Assembly: GCA_947632325.1 (NCBI GenBank)
Contig: CANROU010000005.1
Location: forward strand, 2,135-66,134
Length of the DNA: 64,000 bases
Source of the DNA: an uncultured Bacilli bacterium
GTDB lineage: Bacteria; Bacillota_I; Bacilli_A; RF39; UBA660
Direction of reading: 5' to 3'
Shown here piece by piece: positions 55,959-64,000 of the stretch. The notes beneath the pieces were generated by a model that was not told where the DNA came from, ran no database searches, and saw only the letters and a list, made by a program, of their open reading frames with translations. Position 1 is the stretch's first letter. Every line of letters begins with the position of its first letter. Position numbers and translations under genes: made by a program.

Positions 55959-58244
55959 TTATCTTCCACAGCAAGTTAAACTTGCGTTTTTAACACGTTC
56001 AATAGGTACACCTTCAAATTCTCGTCTGCCACATCCTGGACAAACATCACCAATAACCCCTGTATAACCACAAATAGGATCACGATCAACAGGATGATTA
56101 ATAGCGCCATACCCAATATTATTATCATGCATTATTCTAACAACTTTTTCAAAAGCTTCCAAATTATTAGCTACATCCCCATCTAATTCAATATAACTAA
56201 TATGTCCACCATTAGTTAATTCATGATAAGGTCCTTCTACTTCTAATTTATGAACAATCGATGTATTGTAATAAACAGGAACATGGAATGAATTAGTATA
56301 ATATTCTCTATCAGTAATACCCTTTAATACACCATAAATAGATTTATCAATAGCTGTAAATCTTCCGGACAATCCTTCAGCTGGAGTAGCAATTAATGAG
56401 AAGTTTAATTTATATTGCTTAGAATATTCATCTGTTTTCTTTCTCATAAAGGAAATAATTTCTAAACCTAACTTTTGAGCCTCAGCACTTTCACCATGAT
56501 GTTTACCAATTAAAGCTTTCAAGGTTTCAGCTAAACCAATAAAACCAATGGTTAAAGTTCCGTTTTTCAAAACGCCACGAATTCGTGAATTATTTTTTAG
56601 ACCTTTAGAATCAATCCATACTCCTTGCCCTAAAAGAAATGGAAAATTATAAATCTTTTTGCTACATTGAATATCAAATCTCTCTAAAAGTTGATCTTTT
56701 ACTAAATCCATCAATTCCCCTAATTCAGTATAAAATCCTTTTAAATCCGTCTTTTTATTTAAAACTTGTCCGTGTTTGATACCAATACGAGGTAAGTTAA
56801 TAGAAGTAAAAGATAAATTACCTCTTCCAGGAACAATTTCCTTATCTGGATTTACAACATTACCAATTACTCTAGTACGACATCCCATATAAGCAATTTC
56901 CGTACGGTAATCATCTTCTTTATAATATTGTTTATTAAATGGTGAATCAATAAAGGCAAAATTAGGAAATAATCTTTTAGCTGATACTTTGCAAGATAAT
57001 TGAAATAAATCATAATTCTTATCACCTTTATTATAATTAACTCCCTCTTTGACTTTAAAAATAGAAATTGGGAAAATTGGTGTTTCTCCACGCCCAAGAC
57101 CTGCTTCAGTAGCATATAAATAATTTTTCATGACCATTCTACCCTCTGGTGAAGTATCTGTTCCAAAATTAATTGAAGAAAAAGGAACTTGAGCACCAGC
57201 TCTAGAATGCATGGTATTTAGATTATGAATAAAAGCTTCCATAGCTTGATATGTAATACGATCTGTTTTATCATAAGCTTTTTTGTAAGCCTTTTTAAAG
57301 ATTCTCTCTGCTTCTTCACTACATTGATAAAATTCACTAAATTCATTTATATCAAATTCAATACTTTTAAGCTTTTCAATTTTCTTTTCAACATTATGAA
57401 ATTTTATGTAACCAACTATGCCCATTATTTCAAGAAAATCATAAAGCACTTGTTTAAACTGTTTCTTAAATGTTTTTAATACCCCAGGTGCCATATAATA
57501 ATCAAAAGCTGGAACACTTTGACCTCCATGTTGATCATTTTGGTTAGATTGAATAGCAATAGCCGCTAAGGCAGTGTAAGACATTATATCATTAGGACAT
57601 CTTAAATGACCATGACCAGTTGAAAAACCATCTTTAAATAATTCAGCCAAATCAATCTGGCAACAAGTCGTCGTTCCCATTGGTAAAAAATCCATGTCAT
57701 GTATATGAATTTGTCCAGAATCATGCGCTGATGCAAATTTAGATTTCATGCGATATGCTTTTGCAAATTCCTTAGAAACAGTACTACCAAATTGTAGCAT
57801 CGTTCCCATGGCTGTATCGCCATCAACATTAGCATTCTCTCTCTTAGCTGTTTCCTCTTTAGCATCTTTCAAACTTAATGATTCAATGGATTTCATTAAT
57901 TTATGTTGTCTAGATGCAAAAACTTTACGTGATTCATTGCGTCTTTCTCGATAACTTGAAAATTGTTCTAAAACATCCGCGTAACCAAGATTTTTTAGAT
58001 TTTTTTCAATAAGATCTTGAATTTGTTCAATCTTTATTTCTTTCTCATCACTATATTCCTTTTCGATTTCCTCTAGTACTTTTAAGTATACTTTATTAAC
58101 ATCTTTAGAAGTGTATTCTGTACCTAAAGTACTATTAAAACCTTTGTTGATAGCTACGGCAATTTTTTCCCCATCAAAATTAACCCGTTTACCATCACGC
58201 TTTACCACTAATAATTCTGTGTCAGATAGCAATGTTGCATTCAT
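55959..58244 (-). CDS. nrdD: anaerobic ribonucleoside-triphosphate reductase (class III), ending after the Zn-ribbon and before the glycyl-radical motif
   Basis: 761 aa with an ATP-cone N-terminus and a C-terminal Cys cluster CPGCG...TCCGR then TAA. Confidence 0.93.
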   Translation of the reverse strand: MNATLLSDTELLVVKRDGKRVNFDGEKIAVAINKGFNSTLGTEYTSKDVNKVYLKVLEEIEKEYSDEKEIKIEQIQDLIEKNLKNLGYADVLEQFSSYRERRNESRKVFASRQHKLMKSIESLSLKDAKEETAKRENANVDGDTAMGTMLQFGSTVSKEFAKAYRMKSKFASAHDSGQIHIHDMDFLPMGTTTCCQIDLAELFKDGFSTGHGHLRCPNDIMSYTALAAIAIQSNQNDQHGGQSVPAFDYYMAPGVLKTFKKQFKQVLYDFLEIMGIVGYIKFHNVEKKIEKLKSIEFDINEFSEFYQCSEEAERIFKKAYKKAYDKTDRITYQAMEAFIHNLNTMHSRAGAQVPFSSINFGTDTSPEGRMVMKNYLYATEAGLGRGETPIFPISIFKVKEGVNYNKGDKNYDLFQLSCKVSAKRLFPNFAFIDSPFNKQYYKEDDYRTEIAYMGCRTRVIGNVVNPDKEIVPGRGNLSFTSINLPRIGIKHGQVLNKKTDLKGFYTELGELMDLVKDQLLERFDIQCSKKIYNFPFLLGQGVWIDSKGLKNNSRIRGVLKNGTLTIGFIGLAETLKALIGKHHGESAEAQKLGLEIISFMRKKTDEYSKQYKLNFSLIATPAEGLSGRFTAIDKSIYGVLKGITDREYYTNSFHVPVYYNTSIVHKLEVEGPYHELTNGGHISYIELDGDVANNLEAFEKVVRIMHDNNIGYGAINHPVDRDPICGYTGVIGDVCPGCGRREFEGVPIERVKNASLTCCGR

Positions 58245-58261
58245 ATTATTTACCTCCCTAT

Positions 58262-58320
58262 TCTATATTATCTACAATTTTATTTTAAGACTAACAGAAG
58301 CGAAAATGCAATGACTTTTT
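58262..58320 (-). promoter_or_regulatory. candidate nrdD promoter TTGCAT-N18-TAAAAT
   Basis: Minus strand reads TTGCATtttcgcttctgttagtctTAAAAT, about 40 nt upstream of RBS GGAGGT. Confidence 0.35.
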
Positions 58321-58598
58321 TTGCTATTTTTAGACATCAAAAATAGAAATCCTTATACTATATGGATTTTGCCAAAAAACTTTTTTTCACCTTGACATTT
58401 TTTTGACATCAAATACAAAAAAAGAAGTTTTATAAAAAAACTTTTTTAACATTTTAACGATTTTGAAAAATACCTAGATTAACAAAAAGCTTATTTTATA
58501 AGGGTTTTATAAAATGAGGCGTTTTCTATTTTTAATGTTTTGGATTTTTTTGTTTTAATTAAAAGTTCAAAATAAACACTACCCCCCCCTTTATAAAA

Positions 58599-60752
58599 TC
58601 AAGCATTAGGTGGCAATAAACTTAAAGCTAAACGTTTGGTTTTTAAGTCAATATCTATAACGTAACAATCGACGATATCACCAACATTAACTACCTCTTG
58701 GGGATCAGCAATATATTGTTTACTTAATTTAGATATATGAACCAATCCATCATCATGCAGACCCACATCAACAAATGCTCCAAAAGGAGCTACATTTCTA
58801 ACTGTTCCTTGTAATTTATCTCCTACATGCAAATCCATCAACTGTAATATATCACTTCGCAAAATAGGTTTAGGCATATCATCACGAGGATCACGATTTG
58901 GTTTTTCCAAAGATAAAAGAATGTCTTCTAAAGTATAGCTAGAAACATCTAATATTTTAGAATAATTGACTAAATCTAAATCCTTTATTTTATCTTTTAA
59001 TTTAATAGTACCAATATCATTAACACTACAATTAATTTGTAGCAATAACTTTTTAGTTACCTCATAACTTTCTGGATGAATATCGGTTTTATCTAAGGGA
59101 TTACTACCATCTATAATACGCATAAAACCAATCGCTTGCTCATACTGCTTATTAGAAAGCCCTTTTATTCCCTTAATTTCTTCCCTAGAATTAATAATAC
59201 CATGTTCATCACGAAACTTTAAAATAGCTTCAATCGCTTTATTTGTTAAACCAGAAACATACTTTAAAATAGAAGCACTAGCAGTATTAATATTCACACC
59301 AACTTGATTTACTACTTTAGTTACTACGAAATCTAAAGTATTTTCCAATTTTTTAGGTGTAACATCATGTTGATAAAGCCCAACTCCTATACTTTTAGGA
59401 TCAATTTTAACCAATTCAGCTAATGCATCTTGTAATCTACGTCCAATACTAACAGCACTTCTTTTTTCTAAAGTAAGATTAGGAAATTCCTGGATGGCCA
59501 ATTTGCTAGCTGAATATACTGAAGCCCCTGCTTCACTAACAATAATATATTCAACTTTTCTTTTAGCCTCTTTAATAGTATCTGCAATAAATTGTTCACT
59601 TTCTCTTGAAGCTGTACCATTACCAATAGCAATTATATCGACTTGATATTTATCAATCAAATCTAATACTACCTTCCTACTTTGCTCTACTTCGCATTTT
59701 GGTTCCACAGGATAAATAACCGCAATATCCAACACTTTTCCTGTTTTATCAAGCACCGCTAATTTACAACCTGTCCTAAAAGCTGGATCTAAAGCTAAAA
59801 CAACTTTTTCTTTAATAGGTGGTACTAACAATAATTTTTCCAAGTTTTTAGCAAAATTATTAATAGCCACTTCTTCCGCTTTATCTTTTAATTCACTTCT
59901 AATCTCTCGTTTAATACTTGGCCAAATTAATCTTTTGTAACTATCTTTTATAGCTTCATTAACAATATCCACCGTAAATGATGTTGGTTCCTTAATAATC
60001 TTACGGCGCAAATACTGAAGCATTAATTCATCATCTACTTCTAAGGACACTGTTAAAACTTTCTCTTTTTCACCACGATTGACAGCCAAAACACGATGAG
60101 CTTTAATAGTAGAAATTTTTTCTTGATAATTATAATACATTTGATAAGTTAAATCATCATCAATTGCCTCTGGTCTTTTTTTACTACTAATTAATCCTGA
60201 AAGGTAGCCCTGTCTTCTAATCCATTTACGATAAAAAGCATTATCACTTATCCATTCCGCTATAATATATTTAGCTCCATCAATAGCTTCCGTCTCAGTA
60301 GTTATTTCCCCTTTTATATATGGTTGAACCAACAAATGTATATTACCTGTTTTAGGAAAAGACATTATTTTCTTAGCCAACGGTTCTAATCCTTGTTTAA
60401 TTGCTTTAGTAGCTTTAGTTTCTTTCTTTTCTTTATAAGGCCTATAAATATCATCAACCTCTATTAATTTTTCACAATTTTCAATTTGCTTTTTTAACTC
60501 TTCTGTTAAAAGACCTTTTTCAAAAATTAAACGAATAACTTCTTCTTTACGATTAGCTAAATTAACTTGATATTGATATTTATCAGCAATATTTTTAATC
60601 ATTTCTTCATCCAAAAAAGAAGTAGCTTCCTTACGATATCTAGCAATAAAAGGTATAGTGTTACCCTCTTCTAATAATTTAAGCACAGCCTCTACTTGAT
60701 GTGGCTTAATCATTAAATCTTGACATATTTCCTTTATAATTTTTTGATTCAT
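58599..60752 (-). CDS. tex: transcription accessory protein Tex (S1 domain, YqgF, HhH)
   Basis: 717 aa with the Tex N-terminal HTH, a YqgF-like domain and a C-terminal S1 domain. Confidence 0.9.
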   Translation of the reverse strand: MNQKIIKEICQDLMIKPHQVEAVLKLLEEGNTIPFIARYRKEATSFLDEEMIKNIADKYQYQVNLANRKEEVIRLIFEKGLLTEELKKQIENCEKLIEVDDIYRPYKEKKETKATKAIKQGLEPLAKKIMSFPKTGNIHLLVQPYIKGEITTETEAIDGAKYIIAEWISDNAFYRKWIRRQGYLSGLISSKKRPEAIDDDLTYQMYYNYQEKISTIKAHRVLAVNRGEKEKVLTVSLEVDDELMLQYLRRKIIKEPTSFTVDIVNEAIKDSYKRLIWPSIKREIRSELKDKAEEVAINNFAKNLEKLLLVPPIKEKVVLALDPAFRTGCKLAVLDKTGKVLDIAVIYPVEPKCEVEQSRKVVLDLIDKYQVDIIAIGNGTASRESEQFIADTIKEAKRKVEYIIVSEAGASVYSASKLAIQEFPNLTLEKRSAVSIGRRLQDALAELVKIDPKSIGVGLYQHDVTPKKLENTLDFVVTKVVNQVGVNINTASASILKYVSGLTNKAIEAILKFRDEHGIINSREEIKGIKGLSNKQYEQAIGFMRIIDGSNPLDKTDIHPESYEVTKKLLLQINCSVNDIGTIKLKDKIKDLDLVNYSKILDVSSYTLEDILLSLEKPNRDPRDDMPKPILRSDILQLMDLHVGDKLQGTVRNVAPFGAFVDVGLHDDGLVHISKLSKQYIADPQEVVNVGDIVDCYVIDIDLKTKRLALSLLPPNA

Positions 60753-60804
60753 TTATATTCTCCTCTACAATAATTTACCAAAAGAAAAGGTAAACTGTTT
60801 TACC

Positions 60805-61578
60805 TTATCCTAATCCCATTCTCAATATTTCAAAAGTAACATTTTTACTTACTCCCAAACTATTAGCTTCCTTTTCACTAGTACACAGCAAATCAAATAA
60901 ATATTTACCTCCTAAACCAATCATGCCGCCACGATCTAACACAATACCTAGCAATGGTTCCTTAGACACATTACTGTTATTAATCCGGACAATAGTATAG
61001 AAAGGATATTTATTATCTCCCGCTAAAATACGTACTTTACCATAGGTAGAATCGTTATAATAAATATTACCATTACCAACATTATAACCACTAGCGGTAT
61101 GAGAACTACATCCTATACAATCAGGCCCATAACCACTCATATTACCAATTAGTGTTTCAATTATATCACTAGACTTATCAGTCTTTTTAATATCTTCTTC
61201 AACAAAAACATCAACACTATCTTGATCAACCGTGTTTATACTAGGATTTGTCTCTGGTGGAACTTCTAACACTTTATCTTCATTACTAGCTATATTTATC
61301 TCTTTAACCTCTTCCTCACTATCCACCACGCCATTATACACTAAATATTTACTTGGTAAATACCTATCTTTACTAGTAGAAAACGCATGATCTCCCGACA
61401 AACTATATTGACACAACAATATTCCAATACTACTGATAAGAATTACATCTAATACATAACATAATTTTGACATAGAATCTCTCCTTATATAGTAACAATA
61501 GTATTCTATCACATTTATATGTAAACAAGCAAAAAACTTGACACAATAAACATGTATTGTTTTGTCAAGTTTTGTCAA
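60805..61578 (-). CDS. 3D-domain (MltA-like, YuiC/YabE-type) membrane-anchored protein
   Basis: C-terminal 3D domain with conserved Asp residues (GYGPDCIGCSS...YNDSTYG...VLDRGG) and an N-terminal TM. Confidence 0.7.
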   Translation of the reverse strand: MTKLDKTIHVYCVKFFACLHINVIEYYCYYIRRDSMSKLCYVLDVILISSIGILLCQYSLSGDHAFSTSKDRYLPSKYLVYNGVVDSEEEVKEINIASNEDKVLEVPPETNPSINTVDQDSVDVFVEEDIKKTDKSSDIIETLIGNMSGYGPDCIGCSSHTASGYNVGNGNIYYNDSTYGKVRILAGDNKYPFYTIVRINNSNVSKEPLLGIVLDRGGMIGLGGKYLFDLLCTSEKEANSLGVSKNVTFEILRMGLG

Positions 61579-62342
61579 TTAGTTACATCACTACATTTAT
61601 AACCAACTTCTTGTAAAGCGTTTTCAATTGTTTCTTTATCTTGATTATAAACAAATTCTGGATAAAATCCTTCTAGTTCTCCCATATTCTTTTCAAAAAT
61701 TATTTCATCTAATGTTTTATAATCCAGTGTTTGTTTTATAGTATATTTGTTATCATTAAGACTACATTCTTGTTTTATGCCATCATACTGTTCAAGTTCT
61801 TTAGCAAAAGTTTGACAACCAAGTTGTAGATTTTGCAAATACTCTTCATTATTATCTGCCATATATTCTATAGTATTAATGATCGTTTGCTTTTTTAACG
61901 CATTATTTTCATACTGCATATTCAATTTAACAGATGTTTTAATAGAATCAGTAACATCAGTTAAGATGCACATTCTTTGTTGTAATTGTTTAGGAGCATC
62001 TAAATTATCCTCAATCTTTTTATCTTTTCCTAACAATTGTACATAATTTCGTATATCGGGTAAAAAGAAAACAAAAGCTAATAATAAAACAAACAAGAAG
62101 ATTATACCAAAAGCTTTACCTTTAGAACCTTTTTTATTTTGATTATTATTCGAAGAAGCAGCCACAGGTGTAGATACACTTTCTGTGTTTGCTTGATTTA
62201 TTTGAGGATCGACTTTTTTAGGATTTTGTTCAACATTTGATTGATTTATTTTATTATCAGTTACGTTTAATTGTTCCCCTGATTTATTTACTTGATTCAA
62301 ATTACTATTTGATTGCAAATTATTATTATCCAATTTAACCAC
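61575..62342 (-). CDS. hypothetical bitopic membrane protein with Q/N-rich cytoplasmic N-terminus
   Basis: 255 aa with one TM (AFGIIFLFVLLLAFVFFL). Translationally coupled (ATGA) to the 3D-domain gene. Confidence 0.5.
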   Translation of the reverse strand: MVKLDNNNLQSNSNLNQVNKSGEQLNVTDNKINQSNVEQNPKKVDPQINQANTESVSTPVAASSNNNQNKKGSKGKAFGIIFLFVLLLAFVFFLPDIRNYVQLLGKDKKIEDNLDAPKQLQQRMCILTDVTDSIKTSVKLNMQYENNALKKQTIINTIEYMADNNEEYLQNLQLGCQTFAKELEQYDGIKQECSLNDNKYTIKQTLDYKTLDEIIFEKNMGELEGFYPEFVYNQDKETIENALQEVGYKCSDVTN

Positions 62343-62376
62343 CTCTTATTATATTTAATTATATTTTCACCAATTA

Positions 62377-63006
62377 CTAGCGCAAAGTATCTATAGCATC
62401 CTGAAAATTATTACTATTGGTAACATATGAACCACTTACCAAAATATCGACTGCAGTTCCTATCAATTTCTTTGTATCGGCATTAATACCCCCATCAACA
62501 CTAAGTAAAGCCTTACTTTTTACATCTTTCAACATCTTTTTTATCTGTTTAATTCTTTCCACAGTATCCGGTAAAAACTCTTGTCCACCTTGCCCTGGCT
62601 CAACTGCCATCACTAATATTAAATCTACTTGCGATAAATAAGGTCTTAATAGTTCTAAATCACTAGTTGGTTTAATAGATAATCCACATTTAATACCATA
62701 ACTTTTTATTAAATTTAATAAATCACCCACGTCTTCTTCAACCTCCGCATGAATAGTTAAATATTCCGTATTAAGTGAAGCATAATTTTTAATATATTTA
62801 TATGGTTTGGCCACCATCAAATGAACGTCTAATCTTTTAGATGTAAATTTATAAATATTTTTCATTTCTTTAAATGGCATCGTTTTATTCTTTACAAATT
62901 TTCCATCCATTACATCAACGTGGATATAATCAACATCAGTGTCATTTAATATAGTAAGATCTCTGGGAATATTTTTGCTTGATAAAAACGAAGTTGAAAT
63001 TTTCAT
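62377..63006 (-). CDS. rpe: ribulose-phosphate 3-epimerase
   Basis: ILSADF-like N-terminus (LSSKNIPRD...IHVDVMDG) and a TIM barrel. Conserved rsgA-rpe pair. Confidence 0.9.
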   Translation of the reverse strand: MKISTSFLSSKNIPRDLTILNDTDVDYIHVDVMDGKFVKNKTMPFKEMKNIYKFTSKRLDVHLMVAKPYKYIKNYASLNTEYLTIHAEVEEDVGDLLNLIKSYGIKCGLSIKPTSDLELLRPYLSQVDLILVMAVEPGQGGQEFLPDTVERIKQIKKMLKDVKSKALLSVDGGINADTKKLIGTAVDILVSGSYVTNSNNFQDAIDTLR

Positions 63007-63010
63007 ATTA

Positions 63011-63841
63011 TCACTTACCTTCTTTAATTATTTTACAATAATTTTCATATCTTGATTTTAAAATTTTATTATCTTTTACTGCTTGTTTTACTGAACACTC
63101 TCTTTCCTTAATATGAAAGCAATCAGCATATGGACATGTAAATTTTTTAAATTCAATAAAAGCATCTTTAATTTCTTCTTTACTATAATCATTAAAATTT
63201 AAAGAAGAGAAACCGGGAGTATCCAAAATTTTACCACCACAAAATTCTAATAATTTAACTGTTCTAGTAGTATGCTTACCCCTACCTAAAGCCAATGATA
63301 TTTCTCCTGTTTCTAAATGCAATTTAGGATTTAAGCGATTAATCAAAGTACTTTTACCTGATCCTGTTTGTCCTGTAAAAACACTAGTTTTATTTTTAAA
63401 ATATTTTTTTATTTTTTTAAGCTTAGTATTAGAAATAACCTTATAGCCCAATTGACGATAATATTTTATTATAGGTTTGATTTCTTTTAATTGTTGTTTA
63501 GTTAATAAATCTTCTTTGCTAATGCATATAATCGGTCTTACTTTTTTCAATTCAACCATTACCAATAATTTATCCAACAAATTGGTAGAGAAATCAGGAT
63601 TTTTAACACTTGTTATTATAAATACTTGATCAATATTGCTAACCGCCGGTCTTACAAATTCATTTTCCCTTGGTAAAATTTCCTCGATAATCTGTTTATC
63701 AGCGTCAAAAACAACATAATCTCCTACTAAAGGTGTCATTTTATTATTACGAAATTTACCCCGACACTTACAAGCATACTCCATATTTTTTTGCCTAACA
63801 ACGTGTATATCACTAATAATGTTTACAATCTGTCCTTGCAT
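63011..63841 (-). CDS. rsgA: ribosome small-subunit biogenesis GTPase RsgA
   Basis: Circularly permuted GTPase with GQTGSGKSTLIN and a C-terminal Zn finger CPYADCFH...C. Confidence 0.9.
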   Translation of the reverse strand: MQGQIVNIISDIHVVRQKNMEYACKCRGKFRNNKMTPLVGDYVVFDADKQIIEEILPRENEFVRPAVSNIDQVFIITSVKNPDFSTNLLDKLLVMVELKKVRPIICISKEDLLTKQQLKEIKPIIKYYRQLGYKVISNTKLKKIKKYFKNKTSVFTGQTGSGKSTLINRLNPKLHLETGEISLALGRGKHTTRTVKLLEFCGGKILDTPGFSSLNFNDYSKEEIKDAFIEFKKFTCPYADCFHIKERECSVKQAVKDNKILKSRYENYCKIIKEGK

Positions 63842-64000
63842 AAAATCACCTATGGTAACAAATCATCTATCGAAGCATCTGGCTTAGGATTGGTATCGTT
63901 TTGTGGCTCAACCGCAATCGTAACCGTTAAATTAGATCCTTCAATAATAGGTGTGCCACTTGAGCGAGATTGAGACATTACTTTGCCTTTTTGATATTCG
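63838..64000 (-). CDS. 3' end of an upstream gene (possibly PASTA-domain Ser/Thr kinase PrkC), truncated by the window edge
   Basis: The minus-strand frame ends ...GSNLTVTIAVEPQNDTNPKPDASIDDLLP* with the stop overlapping the rsgA RBS AGGTGA. Identity is inferred only from prkC-rsgA-rpe synteny. Confidence 0.3.

Noticed and set aside
55717-58314. Plus ORFs 55717-56067, 57225-57479, 57748-57954, 58111-58314 and minus ORF 56867-57115
   Set aside because: All lie inside or antisense to nrdD or nrdG, or are in a different frame of nrdD, and have no RBS. The 55717 ORF overlaps the real minus-strand glycyl-radical mini-ORF but on the opposite strand.
58262-58420. NrdR boxes upstream of nrdD
   Set aside because: The best palindromic candidates (such as AATCCTTATACTATATGGATT) do not match the ACAC...GTGT arms of the NrdR consensus. 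They are reported only as unexplained repeats.
62417-62641. 74-aa plus ORF
   Set aside because: Antisense within rpe.
63791-63973. 60-aa plus ORF
   Set aside because: It overlaps the rsgA start and the 3' end of the upstream minus-strand gene, with no RBS.
1-64000. Mobile elements, CRISPR arrays, prophage or defence islands
   Set aside because: No transposase or integrase-like ORFs, no inverted terminal repeats and no repeat-spacer arrays. The whole window shows conserved housekeeping synteny with Bacillus and is almost entirely co-oriented, consistent with core chromosome.

Overview
This is a low-GC (about 28-30%) Firmicutes chromosomal segment and almost all genes are on the minus strand. 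Gene order matches Bacillus subtilis at several places: tig-lon-(spoVID/ysxE-like), ireB-ruvX-yrzB-mltG-trmR-trhP, lspA-rluD and prkC-rsgA-rpe. Sporulation-type genes (a SpoVID/SipL-like LysM protein and a CotS/YsxE-like protein) and nrdDG suggest an anaerobic, probably spore-forming Clostridia- or Erysipelotrichia-like organism. The content is core housekeeping: ftsK, ddl-murF, polC, gatCAB-aspS, gltX, murC, lon, tig, greA, rnc, nrdDG, tex, rpe and rsgA. There are three tRNA genes: Glu-CUC, Gln-CUG and Met/Ile-CAU. A T-box leader with an AAC (Asn) specifier lies upstream of gatCAB-aspS. Several rho-independent terminators and near-consensus sigma-A promoters are visible. No CRISPR array, rRNA gene, transposase or prophage was found. 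The most unusual observations are: (1) nrdD is cut by one in-frame TAA just before the glycyl-radical motif, and the radical domain is a separate 55-codon ORF with its own SD; (2) a MurF-like ligase has a polytopic membrane N-terminus in place of the canonical N-domain, in an operon with ddl, an alpha/beta hydrolase and a C26 gamma-glutamyl hydrolase-like protein; (3) the tRNA island holds a strongly expressed 27-aa hydrophobic peptide gene that resembles a type I toxin; (4) a sortase operon encodes a thioester-domain adhesin; (5) an orphan 520-aa prepilin-type protein; (6) a sigma-70 paralog lacking the conserved WW dyad.
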